From a virus (lineage: Duplodnaviria; Caudoviricetes): a stretch of DNA of 57,406 nt. This document shows positions 27,237 to 36,352 of the stretch, piece by piece. Both the position numbers and the translations under genes were made by a program. Location: positions 1 to 57,406 of the IMG/VR virus record IMGVR_UViG_3300044720_000010. One strand, written 5' to 3'. The notes under the pieces were generated by a model that saw nothing but the letters and a program-made list of their open reading frames with translations, was not told where the DNA came from and did no database searches. Numbering within the stretch: the first letter of the stretch is position 1; the number at the start of each line of letters is the position of its first letter.

Positions 27237-28337
27237 CTACGCTGCCTCGCGGACATAGACGCGGTTGCCGACTGCCGGCTTCAGCACCACGAAGTTGAAA
27301 GTCATCTGCTGCCACGTCTCACCCTTCAGGCCATATTCCCCGGAAGGTGTGAGCTTCACCCGTGGCCACGTGTAGTTCTTGTCGGTGCCTTTCGGGTTGT
27401 CGGCAATGAAGCGCAACAGCCCTTCGACCTGCGTATTGTCGTCGATGACCGTCAGGCGCGTCGATACGCCGATGTTGTATTGGATCTCGATAGTGTCGCC
27501 GTCGCTGATGTCCGGGGAGGTTTCGACGAGATACACCCGGCCATTGACGAGATCGACAGTGTAATTGCCCGTCGCACCGATGACGCCACTGGCCGATCCG
27601 CCCGCGAGAGTCGCCCCTGAGACTGTGAAGCTCGCCGATGTTACCGCTTCGGCCAGGGTAATCGAGTTGCCCCCGACGCCGCTGGCGATGGCCCGGAAGG
27701 TAATGACCGTGGCTTCGCCCGACGCTATGACATCGTAGAGCAACGGGTAGGCGTTGACTTCAGCAATGATGTTCTGCGCGGTGATTTGAGTGTTAGCGCC
27801 GATCGTGACTTCGTGTGCCAGAGACGCCGAAGCCCTGAACGTCATGGCCTGACCGTTGACGGTAAACGTGTCGGCGGCGGTAGGCTGTCCGCCAACCGTG
27901 GCCGTACCGAACGCATGAAGGCCGGTGTTGTTGGTCACAACCACGGCGCTGATGTTGCCAACGCCATCCGGAATCGTCGCACTCGACCCGAGCTGATAGT
28001 AATACCCGAGCTTGGCGGTAAAGACTTCCGACTCGCCCGATGAACTCAGCACCGACTCGCTGGTGGCGTCAGCCGTACCGAACCACAGGGCGACGTTTTC
28101 AATGCTGATGTTGTCGCAGACGAACGTACCGTTGCGGTCGATCTGCAACGTCGCATTATCGTCCTGCTCCCGAAGCCCTTGATCCGAGCTGTAATGCGGG
28201 AGATCCTGATAGGCCGATGACATCGAAATGCTCGGCGTGTTGCCGAGATACCGTTCGCCTGTTTTGGTTTCCGTGTCGGGGAGGAACTTGTCGAAATAGA
28301 GCTTACCGCGCCCAATGACGTAGTTCTTGGTTTGCAT
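27237..28337 (-). CDS. Major tail tube protein with inserted domain
   Basis: NYVIGRGKLYF, ERYLGNTP, LRFIADNPKG (Chi-like tube). Confidence 0.88.
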   Translation of the reverse strand: MQTKNYVIGRGKLYFDKFLPDTETKTGERYLGNTPSISMSSAYQDLPHYSSDQGLREQDDNATLQIDRNGTFVCDNISIENVALWFGTADATSESVLSSSGESEVFTAKLGYYYQLGSSATIPDGVGNISAVVVTNNTGLHAFGTATVGGQPTAADTFTVNGQAMTFRASASLAHEVTIGANTQITAQNIIAEVNAYPLLYDVIASGEATVITFRAIASGVGGNSITLAEAVTSASFTVSGATLAGGSASGVIGATGNYTVDLVNGRVYLVETSPDISDGDTIEIQYNIGVSTRLTVIDDNTQVEGLLRFIADNPKGTDKNYTWPRVKLTPSGEYGLKGETWQQMTFNFVVLKPAVGNRVYVREAA

Positions 28338-28358
28338 GATTTCACTCCTTCTCGGTTT

Positions 28359-28895
28359 TCAGGGCGCGAACGGCTCACTTATGTTTGTAGCTAAGCCTAT
28401 ACCAAGCGGAAGATAGAAGAAAGCCCGCGCTGATGTAGCTCCGTCTGGTCGAGCGGCTGTACTGACAACACCCGGTCCAATCGTCATCCCGGTAATGACT
28501 CTCAGGCTCTTTAAGCCGAGGAAGTATTCACTCGGGTACATCGGATCGCCTGTGGCCGGGTTCATCAGAATCAACCGGGCAAGCCGATGCTCGACAGCCG
28601 CCTTCAGGTTGTAGGCGTCGTCAGTCGGATTATCCGAGGCATGGACAACCCATCCTTGGATCAGCAGCACCCATGTCTCGTGTCGCGCGATGTTGTTCTC
28701 CCCAGCCACGTCTACGCTGACATCGGCGCTCAGGTGCTCGACGATCGAGATAAGGGGTAGCGGGTCATCGTCGCCGTAGACCAACCGGCCACGGAACACC
28801 TTATCCGCCATATCGAAATCATAGCCGTTCGTAGGCGTGATGCCTTGTAGGTGCTGTGTAAGAGCTTTCAGAATCGTGAGCTGCCAGCTATCCAT
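28359..28895 (-). CDS. Tail terminator-like protein
   Basis: GITPTNGYDFD..VFRGRLVYG; synteny. Confidence 0.75.
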   Translation of the reverse strand: MDSWQLTILKALTQHLQGITPTNGYDFDMADKVFRGRLVYGDDDPLPLISIVEHLSADVSVDVAGENNIARHETWVLLIQGWVVHASDNPTDDAYNLKAAVEHRLARLILMNPATGDPMYPSEYFLGLKSLRVITGMTIGPGVVSTAARPDGATSARAFFYLPLGIGLATNISEPFAP

Positions 28896-29487
28896 CGCCA
28901 AACAGCCTCGCGAACTGGCGTAGAAATTCAGTCTCCAACGCTCCTAAGAGCGGCGGGGAGATATCGACTGCGACTGTCCGAAAGACTTGATCGACACTCG
29001 GGCCGTATAGCAGCGCTACGCCCTTCAGCGGGCCGCTGGTGATGAGCTTGGCGCCTACCGTGCTGTGCAACGTCTCGCCGGCTCTTAGCCTCACAGCGAG
29101 CCCTAGATTGCCGTTACGGAGGTTCAGCAAGAATGCCCGTGGCAGCTCTACCGAGCGGCCAGGATGAACCTGAACAGATACCCGGCTTCTACGGCGTGTC
29201 GGGCGAGACGTGGTGAACCGGGCAAGCGATGTAGGGGTTTGTCGGCCAGCGATCCCGGCTTCAAGCTGACTGTCCGTCGCCAGATACTTCAGCCCGAACC
29301 GCGGGTCATTCAGATAGCCACTCGGCCACGCTACCTGCGCAAGCATCGCTTCACGCGCCAACGGCAATCCCTTCCGCTTGGCGGTGTCATTGATCGCCAT
29401 TCGGGCTGCCCTTTGCGCTGCCGCTGGCGCCCGATCGATGTACCGTTGGAAGCTGTCGATACCGATGGCGTCCATGAACACGGTCAT
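28888..29487 (-). CDS. Tail completion (gpZ-like) protein
   Basis: ARMAINDTA, PTSLARF, LYGPSVDQVF; synteny. Confidence 0.75.
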   Translation of the reverse strand: MTVFMDAIGIDSFQRYIDRAPAAAQRAARMAINDTAKRKGLPLAREAMLAQVAWPSGYLNDPRFGLKYLATDSQLEAGIAGRQTPTSLARFTTSRPTRRRSRVSVQVHPGRSVELPRAFLLNLRNGNLGLAVRLRAGETLHSTVGAKLITSGPLKGVALLYGPSVDQVFRTVAVDISPPLLGALETEFLRQFARLFGDG

Positions 29488-29831
29488 GGCCGTGTCACGG
29501 TCCAAATCACCTTCAGCGGGCCGTCAGTCGGTTCCCGCACGTCAAGGGTGAAGGTGTAACCGGGGAGCGTCACCACGCCGCCCCGGCGAAGCGTCAAGCC
29601 TCTATCGGACAGCTCATCAGCATCAAAGATGATCTTGTCGATGTTCTCAAACGCCCTGGCGTACTCACCGCCACCAATGTCACCGATCGGCGCACCGAAC
29701 TTATCGTGCCACCGGACTCGCAGCCCGATTACCGGATCGACCAATGTGGAGTCGACGTAAGACGCCAATACGGAAAACGCGGTGTGAACATCACGCCGCG
29801 CTTGCCGCCGAATGTCAGACCAATCGGACAC
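29484..29831 (-). CDS. Head-tail joining protein
   Basis: ARRDVHTAF..A; synteny. Confidence 0.7.
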   Translation of the reverse strand: MSDWSDIRRQARRDVHTAFSVLASYVDSTLVDPVIGLRVRWHDKFGAPIGDIGGGEYARAFENIDKIIFDADELSDRGLTLRRGGVVTLPGYTFTLDVREPTDGPLKVIWTVTRP

Positions 29832-29834
29832 GAC

Positions 29835-30161
29835 TTACAGATCGTCGAGATCCGATTTCGCCCGTCGCCGGCCACGGGGTACTCCGGTCTCCTGGCCTTC
29901 CTCGACAGCCGGCTCATCTGCGGGCTTTTTAACTTCGGCTTCCAATTCGGCGATTTCTGCGCGAACCGGAGGATCATCCGCAACCCGCCGAGGAGTCGGA
30001 GCGGGCCGCCGCACGACAGGCGGAACGTGTGCGTCCAACACCTTAAGCTCGGCGTCCGAGATACCGACGCTCTCCGTCCGGAAGGAAGTGCCAGGATCGA
30101 TGACTCGCCGCGAGTCACCGTGCCCAACATGAAGACGCCCAATCGCAATACGTTCAGCCAT
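29835..30161 (-). CDS. Hypothetical protein downstream of capsid gene
   Basis: GAGGAG RBS; synteny. Confidence 0.6.
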   Translation of the reverse strand: MAERIAIGRLHVGHGDSRRVIDPGTSFRTESVGISDAELKVLDAHVPPVVRRPAPTPRRVADDPPVRAEIAELEAEVKKPADEPAVEEGQETGVPRGRRRAKSDLDDL

Positions 30162-30218
30162 GTCCCACTCCTCAGTGTGTTCGCTGCCTACAGCGATCAA
30201 AATCCCAACGAATGCCGC

Positions 30219-31283
30219 TTAGGTAATCACCGTCAGCTTGAAGCTGTTATTCGGATTCAACGGCACAAACAATGGCGCGGACTGAGACATGGTGTAGACG
30301 ACGCTCGGATCGGGCTGACGCCACATCTTCGGGAAGATCGTTGCCTCGGTCTGGAAGTTGGCGTCCGCGTCCATGATCGCGCCGAACATAGCCGCGCCGT
30401 CCACAGCCGGGCCGTAGCCACAGACGACGTTTGGATCGAGGAACTGACGAACGATCAGCGATCCGTCTGCCTGCGTCTCCGAGTACCAGTTGGAGTAGCG
30501 GTAGAGGTTGAACCGACCGCTGCCGCCGTCAACAAACCCCATGAGCTGATAGTTGGAGTTGCCGTTCAGGACGGTGCGGGAGAACTCGCTGGTGGAGCCG
30601 CGCTTCTGGTTGTTCAGCAGATCGAGTACGGCAGCATTCTTCAGGAAATACTTCCATGCGTTCGTGCCGAACCCGATATCGGTGATCGGAGCGTTCCCGA
30701 GCGGGAAGGACAGATCGACCATATCCGCGAGATCCTGAAGCGGATCGGCTGTTGCGAGCTGGTCCCACCGTGCCGTGGTCAGAAGCGTGGCGGTGAGGCT
30801 TGCGTCACGGAGGAAATCGACGGTCTGCGACGGGTAGTCTTCACCAACGACCGTCACCATGCCGTCGATGATGGCCTTGCTCGCCATCCAATCCCACAGG
30901 CGTTCGATCCACATGCGCTGATCGCGCATACTCTTGACCACGTGGGCATCGAAGCGCTGCGCGATCGACAAACCGCCGAGAAGCGGTTCCCCCATCATTC
31001 GAGGGATTGCCTTTGATGGATCGATAACGCTTTTCGGCTTGGTGTAGGCCGGGCGAAACGAGCGAGCCGCATAACCCTGGCTCCTCATCACGCGGCCTTG
31101 GACGTTCGGCGCAACGAAAGGCGCAAGCTTCCGGTTGTCGATATCGGCAACCTCAAACATGATTTCCTCGCGGTCGCTGGTAATGACACGCGGGAAAAGA
31201 TTCCGCCAGAAACCATCTGGCAGATCGGCAAGCCGCTGCTGAACTTGAATCAGCTCCGTAGTGCCATACAGCGAGATCGTCAT
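30219..31283 (-). CDS. Major capsid protein (lambda gpE-like)
   Basis: LAPFVAPNVQG, FRPAYTKPK, MSQSAPL. Confidence 0.93.
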   Translation of the reverse strand: MTISLYGTTELIQVQQRLADLPDGFWRNLFPRVITSDREEIMFEVADIDNRKLAPFVAPNVQGRVMRSQGYAARSFRPAYTKPKSVIDPSKAIPRMMGEPLLGGLSIAQRFDAHVVKSMRDQRMWIERLWDWMASKAIIDGMVTVVGEDYPSQTVDFLRDASLTATLLTTARWDQLATADPLQDLADMVDLSFPLGNAPITDIGFGTNAWKYFLKNAAVLDLLNNQKRGSTSEFSRTVLNGNSNYQLMGFVDGGSGRFNLYRYSNWYSETQADGSLIVRQFLDPNVVCGYGPAVDGAAMFGAIMDADANFQTEATIFPKMWRQPDPSVVYTMSQSAPLFVPLNPNNSFKLTVIT

Positions 31284-31310
31284 GCTTCAATTCCTTCCTT
31301 CGGTCAGCGC

Positions 31311-32036
31311 TTAAAGAAGCTGACGAACGCCGATATTGGACCCGTCGAACGCACGCTTACGCTGCTCCAGCGTAGCCAGTCCGACAGGCCACACGAGAGC
31401 TTCATGGTTGAACACGCCCCCCGTAAAAATCGGCAGGAACGCCCCCGGCGTGGCCGCTGGAACCGGCTGTGCAGCAATGGCAATCGCGTCACCGCTCGGC
31501 ACATCTTCCGCTGCATTAGCGCCGGTCAACGTGGCGGCAGAAACGGTAAAGCTGGCCGAGGTAACGCCTTCGACAATCGTAATAGCGTTGCCCGCCGTAC
31601 CGATCTCATCGGCCACAAGCGAAACGGTTGTGCCTGACGACGTAGCCGACATCTTGAACCGTTCGCGTTCGAGATTGATTCGAGCCGCAATATTGGCTGC
31701 CGTAATGGTTGCCGTGGAGCCGATCGCAATCTCATCGGCAAGTGTCGGAGCTGCGCGGAACGTCAGCACGACACCGTTGACGGTGATCGTGTCAGCGGCA
31801 GTCGGCTGCCCCCCAACCACGTAGGAACCCACCGCGTAGTCACCGGCTGTCGTGAGCGGCACAAGCCTGCCGTTGGCATCGCGCATCAACACCGCGAACT
31901 GCACGATGGCGACTGCATCTGCCGCTTGCCCTTGATCGGTGACGATATCCGACTCGCCCGCATACAGGTCGAATTGGTCGAACCGGCCGAGATCGGTGAT
32001 GCCGCTGGCCAGGAGAGGCGGATACGTCGCTGCCAT
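31311..32036 (-). CDS. Head decoration protein (gpD-like) with inserted domain
   Basis: GGVFNHEALVWP; directly upstream of capsid gene. Confidence 0.85.
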   Translation of the reverse strand: MAATYPPLLASGITDLGRFDQFDLYAGESDIVTDQGQAADAVAIVQFAVLMRDANGRLVPLTTAGDYAVGSYVVGGQPTAADTITVNGVVLTFRAAPTLADEIAIGSTATITAANIAARINLERERFKMSATSSGTTVSLVADEIGTAGNAITIVEGVTSASFTVSAATLTGANAAEDVPSGDAIAIAAQPVPAATPGAFLPIFTGGVFNHEALVWPVGLATLEQRKRAFDGSNIGVRQLL

Positions 32037-32090
32037 CTTTGAAACTCCTTAATTTGAACGCATCAGTGGCGTTTCCGCTCAGGTAAAAAT

Positions 32091-33449
32091 TTATGCCCGA
32101 TTGCCGATGCCGATAACCTTGCCCCCGGTCGCAGCGACATACCCCGTCAACAGCCGGTTCGCCGTCGCCTCGGGTGTAGGCTGACCGCCAACCACTTCCG
32201 GATCTGGATCGGCGCCCACATTCGGGTTCTGCGTGCTGTTCATCGCGTTCTGGAAATAGTTGTTCGGCTCCTGCCGTCCGGTGGCCGGTGCCGCCGCCTC
32301 GATCTTCGGCGAGGCTTTAAGGATCGCCGTCGCCGCCTCCACCGACATATCGGTGTTGAGCGCCAGATGATCGGCAAGCGTCTCGCGGCCCTTGGCTTCC
32401 TCAGAAGTCCGGATCGCCGCCGAGCGGGCGCGGTCAGCAGACACCGCATCGGTCGCCGCCTTGGCTGCGATCCTGGCCACTTCCTCGGCCGTCAACGTCG
32501 GCGTTGCCGGTACTGCTGCCGCCACAGGGGCGATCGTCGGGGTGTTTTGTGCTTTGTCCATGATGTCATCGCCTTCCGTTTCAGCGTCAGAAGTCAGCTC
32601 GTTGAAGAAATCGGCAACCGCTTCGGTTGGAGTCTGTACTGCATCAATAAGTCCAAGTTCAAGCGCCTCCGGTGGCAGGTAACACCGGGCTTGCGTAGCG
32701 CGAACTTCATCTTCCGACAGACCACGATGACGAGCTACCGCCTCTATGAACAGGTTTGCATGATAGCTAACATCGCGTTGTATAGAGTTCAATGCACGGT
32801 TTGACAAGGGCTCGGTTGAATTTCCATCAACTTTCTCGTCGCCCTCGAAAATATATGTGACCTTGATGCCTTCCGACTTCAGCATTTCGCTGAAATCGAC
32901 GTGCATCGCCACACAACCGATACTGCCGATACCGCCTGACGGCGTGACAACAACACGGTCGCACGCGCTCGCCAGGAAATAGGCAGCCGAGTAGCAGCGA
33001 GCATCAACCACGGCTAGGCTCGGCTTCTCGCGTTCGAACATTTCAGCCGCCAGCTCGGCGCAGCCTGACGCGAGCCCGCCCGACGAGTTCACGTCGTACA
33101 CAATCAGTTTCACGTCATCGTCAGCGATGGCCGCTTGCATCTGCGAACGAATGAAATTGTAGCCAGTCGCGAAACTGTAGGACCAGCTCATCCGGTTAAC
33201 GAGCATACCGTGAATCGGGATGATCGCTACGCCATCAGCATAAGCAAACGGCTTACTTTGCTCGACAGGCTCAAACCCGTAACCGGCAAGAATCTCAGTT
33301 TGCCGAACAGCAAATGCAGCTTTCATATCGGCCGGGTTGACCGCAGCGATATCTCGTAGATCCGCCGCAATGTCGTAACCCTTATCGATAAACTGCCCAC
33401 GGTGATGTAGGCGAGAACCTACGTCCCGAGCGAAAGCGTGCATACTCAC
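32091..33449 (-). CDS. S49 prohead protease/scaffold (gpC-like)
   Basis: DVNSSGG, CYSAAYFLAS, GSIGC; Ala-rich scaffold tail. Confidence 0.92.
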   Translation of the reverse strand: MSMHAFARDVGSRLHHRGQFIDKGYDIAADLRDIAAVNPADMKAAFAVRQTEILAGYGFEPVEQSKPFAYADGVAIIPIHGMLVNRMSWSYSFATGYNFIRSQMQAAIADDDVKLIVYDVNSSGGLASGCAELAAEMFEREKPSLAVVDARCYSAAYFLASACDRVVVTPSGGIGSIGCVAMHVDFSEMLKSEGIKVTYIFEGDEKVDGNSTEPLSNRALNSIQRDVSYHANLFIEAVARHRGLSEDEVRATQARCYLPPEALELGLIDAVQTPTEAVADFFNELTSDAETEGDDIMDKAQNTPTIAPVAAAVPATPTLTAEEVARIAAKAATDAVSADRARSAAIRTSEEAKGRETLADHLALNTDMSVEAATAILKASPKIEAAAPATGRQEPNNYFQNAMNSTQNPNVGADPDPEVVGGQPTPEATANRLLTGYVAATGGKVIGIGNRA

Positions 33450-34207
33450 GGCTTAGACTCCCAACCAAACTTATCTCCCGAGAGACCGCCATCCGACACC
33501 ACAATGTTCGTGTTGACCCGCTCGTCGCATTTCACGCCCTCATCGAGAGCCGATAACGCCGGAGCACGCGCCGGGGCAACCGCCACACAGTTCGGCTGGT
33601 TGAACGCCATCCACGCCAACCGTCCCCATCCGAGGGCGTAAAAGGCTCGCTCCATCGCCCCTGTGTGTCCGGGCAGGCTGTAGTGTTCAGATACGATCGT
33701 GTCCGCCACTATGCCCGGAGGGTAAGTGATCGTCTCCCGGCAAGCCCTACCATACGTGTCGGGGCTGTTGCGCCAACCCTTGCTGCACGCCGGCACGTAC
33801 TTGTCGAACGCCCACCAGCCTTTGCCGAAATCCTGGATGCCCGGCTTGCCGCCGTCCTGGGTCTTCGTGATGTAGACCGCATCGCCCCGGAGTTCGTACA
33901 CTTCGCCACCGTCTCCATTGGCGGCAACGAACGGGCCGAATGGCGCAAAGCTCCAAACCGCCACGGCACTCTTGCCGTCCCCCCGCAAGAAGCTCTGCAA
34001 GGCTTGGTAGTTTCCGAAGTCAAAGCGTCTGTAGGTCCACGGTGCCGTCGAGGTAAGCGGGGTTGCGGTATTGCCGTCCGGGTTAACCGACTGCACCAAA
34101 TAGGAAAGCGGTTCCGGTACTGTGACGATCGCGCCCGATGAGGGCGGCGCATCGCTGCCACAGGCTGCCAGAAATAACAGGGTAACGACCGCAAGCAGCA
34201 GCTTCAT
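33446..34207 (-). CDS. Hypothetical lipoprotein
   Basis: Lipobox LAAC; overlaps both neighbours. Confidence 0.7.
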   Translation of the reverse strand: MKLLLAVVTLLFLAACGSDAPPSSGAIVTVPEPLSYLVQSVNPDGNTATPLTSTAPWTYRRFDFGNYQALQSFLRGDGKSAVAVWSFAPFGPFVAANGDGGEVYELRGDAVYITKTQDGGKPGIQDFGKGWWAFDKYVPACSKGWRNSPDTYGRACRETITYPPGIVADTIVSEHYSLPGHTGAMERAFYALGWGRLAWMAFNQPNCVAVAPARAPALSALDEGVKCDERVNTNIVVSDGGLSGDKFGWESKP

Positions 34208-34494
34208 CGGGCTTTCTCGACCGCTGCCACGTTAGCATCCGCTGCCACGTTGGCGTCTTTAAGCGCCGGCTCGGTTGCCACCACATCGGCGTCTGCCCGA
34301 GTGATCGTGCCTTTCGCAACGAGCACGTCGGTCAGACGCTGAAGGGCAGGATCAATAGGTGGCGCTTGGTTTTCGCGCGCGGCACGGCGCTCATCTGCCA
34401 CTGTTCTACGACGCGCTATTTCGGCGTCATCGATCTCAGCAGTCACGGTATGGGGCTGACCGTCGCGCAGTCCGGTTACCGAGATTGTAGCCAT
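34204..34494 (-). CDS. Hypothetical protein
   Basis: Coupled start and stop. Confidence 0.65.
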   Translation of the reverse strand: MATISVTGLRDGQPHTVTAEIDDAEIARRRTVADERRAARENQAPPIDPALQRLTDVLVAKGTITRADADVVATEPALKDANVAADANVAAVEKAR

Positions 34495-35096
34495 TATTCG
34501 AAGCCTTCAAGTAAATAGGAACCAGCGACAATATTCACGCCGGAAGTCGGCGGGTTACTGTCCCCAACACCATAGGGAAGAATTCGTATCAGATTCGTCC
34601 GTCCCAGCGTCGGTGGAATAGTAGCTGTTGGGTTTACGGCGGCGGCCCCATAAGTGAATGCAAACTTAGCTACTAAATTAAATTCAAACGTATTTCCTAA
34701 GAAGGACGCTAATTGCGATGACGAGCCGGGAAAGATTTCCGCTACGATATTTATACCAAATCCGTTCGTGCTTTCTACTTTTTGAGCCCCTATATCTATG
34801 TTGGCGTCTACAAATGTCAGTCCTCCTACGACATTCGGCGTGTTTTCTGATACCGCGATATATGTGTGCCGGTAACTGTCATATTGAACGGGATCGTTAA
34901 TGAATGTTACCCCGCTGTCCTGGCTGAGAACAAAAGCAACAAATGCATCGACGCTAAAGTTAAATCCCACAAGAGCAAGTCGGAAACGCGAAAACCCCGC
35001 CGGTAGCGTCAAATCGATATAAGCAACCGGCGACGAGATCGTGCCGCCTACCAGCTTGACGATGCCTGAGCGGTCAGGGAGAAAGGCTTGAAGCAT
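34494..35096 (-). CDS. Beta-rich fibre/receptor-binding-like protein
   Basis: Beta-rich, lower GC; AGGAG RBS; follows spike base gene. Confidence 0.55.
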   Translation of the reverse strand: MLQAFLPDRSGIVKLVGGTISSPVAYIDLTLPAGFSRFRLALVGFNFSVDAFVAFVLSQDSGVTFINDPVQYDSYRHTYIAVSENTPNVVGGLTFVDANIDIGAQKVESTNGFGINIVAEIFPGSSSQLASFLGNTFEFNLVAKFAFTYGAAAVNPTATIPPTLGRTNLIRILPYGVGDSNPPTSGVNIVAGSYLLEGFE

Positions 35097-35108
35097 CGTG
35101 CCCGCTCC

Positions 35109-35429
35109 TTACAGCAGGTTCGCGTAGGTGGCGGTCGCCGTGGTCCCGGTCACATAGACTTGGATCACCGCCCACGGCAGGATGCTCAGCCCTATTGCAA
35201 CGGGAATTGTCAGCGTCGATCCGTCCGAAAACTTCACTTTGACGTTGCCGGCGACTGTGCAGTTGACGAGCATCTGGCGCCCGGCTGTCGTGGTGGTCGT
35301 ATCGTGCGGGGTGATCGCAGCCGCGCCGGAAATTGATGGCTCGGAGGCTTCAATTGGGTTGCTCCCGCTTATCGGCGAACCCTCCGCGTCCTCAAGTACA
35401 ACGCCGTGGTAAGTTGTTGTCCTGGCCAT
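35109..35429 (-). CDS. Head spike base protein (RcGTA Rcc01079-like)
   Basis: AAAITPHD...AGNVKVKFSDGSTLTI...ILPWAVIQVYVTGTTA pattern. Confidence 0.65.
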   Translation of the reverse strand: MARTTTYHGVVLEDAEGSPISGSNPIEASEPSISGAAAITPHDTTTTTAGRQMLVNCTVAGNVKVKFSDGSTLTIPVAIGLSILPWAVIQVYVTGTTATATYANLL

Positions 35430-35440
35430 TCGCTAAAGTC

Positions 35441-36352
35441 CTAAGCCGGGTTGCCGAACGTTAACGCCGCCTGATCGGTCACGTAGTTGCCGACCCAAAT
35501 ATCGGTTGCCTCGCCGTCGTATCCATGCGCCGGATCGATATCGGCATTGGCGTTCGGGAACACGTTTCCGACAACCATGTTGTACTCGCCGCCTGCGATC
35601 ACAACGGTTTTTGTCGAGTCCGTGTAGAACCTGTTCGCCTCGATCAACGCATACGACATGGCGCTGTCGATATCGTTTGTATTTCCCCGGAAGATGCAGC
35701 GCCGGATCGTGTTGCGCAGCGGAACCGCGATCGCCGTAGACGAGCATTTGATCGCCGTCGTCAAGGTCTGAAACTCGCAATCCTCAACGATATAGTGATG
35801 GTTGCCGCCCACATCCTCGATACCGATCGGCGTTCCGCCCGCACCGACGAACCGCATCCCACGGCAGATGAAATGCGAACTGTCCGGGTAAGTGGCACTC
35901 TCGGCCCGGTGCGCCTTGATCGCGGCACCCCCTGTATTATCAGGCGTCATCAGGAAGTTGTGGAACTCCCATCCCTGTTCACGAATCTCGATCAGGGCTT
36001 GCCCAGCCACGGGCGAGGCTGGTGCATACCACTTCGCGCCATCGTCATCCCTGACGTTGCCCCCGGCTGCACCGATGATCCGAACTCCCCGGACGCCAAG
36101 CGGAGCCACAAGCTGTTCACGCACCTTACCGACGAAGTAGATGGTGCCGTGGTCGCTCACCGCTGCAATGGCCGCCGCCATCGTCGAGAAAGCGCCAGCC
36201 GGCGAGGCGCCTGCATTGCTGTCGGAGCCGGTTACGGTGTTGACGAAATAGCTTGTGCCACCGGATACATTCGGAGGGGCGGCGGCCTCACGAACGGCAG
36301 TCGGGTTGTGAGGCGAACCTGCCGGATACCACGGGCGATAATCCTCAGCCAT
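35441..36352 (-). CDS. Right-handed beta-helix (pectate lyase-like) protein
   Basis: YFVNTVTGSDSNAG N-terminus; IVEDCEF, IRRCIF, IEANRF, VVGNVF rungs. Confidence 0.75.
   Translation of the reverse strand: MAEDYRPWYPAGSPHNPTAVREAAAPPNVSGGTSYFVNTVTGSDSNAGASPAGAFSTMAAAIAAVSDHGTIYFVGKVREQLVAPLGVRGVRIIGAAGGNVRDDDGAKWYAPASPVAGQALIEIREQGWEFHNFLMTPDNTGGAAIKAHRAESATYPDSSHFICRGMRFVGAGGTPIGIEDVGGNHHYIVEDCEFQTLTTAIKCSSTAIAVPLRNTIRRCIFRGNTNDIDSAMSYALIEANRFYTDSTKTVVIAGGEYNMVVGNVFPNANADIDPAHGYDGEATDIWVGNYVTDQAALTFGNPA

Noticed and set aside
29706-31016. 436-aa plus-strand ORF (and similar ORFs at 16408, 35525, 39152, 41165)
   Set aside because: Antisense shadows of well-supported genes in GC-rich DNA, with no motifs
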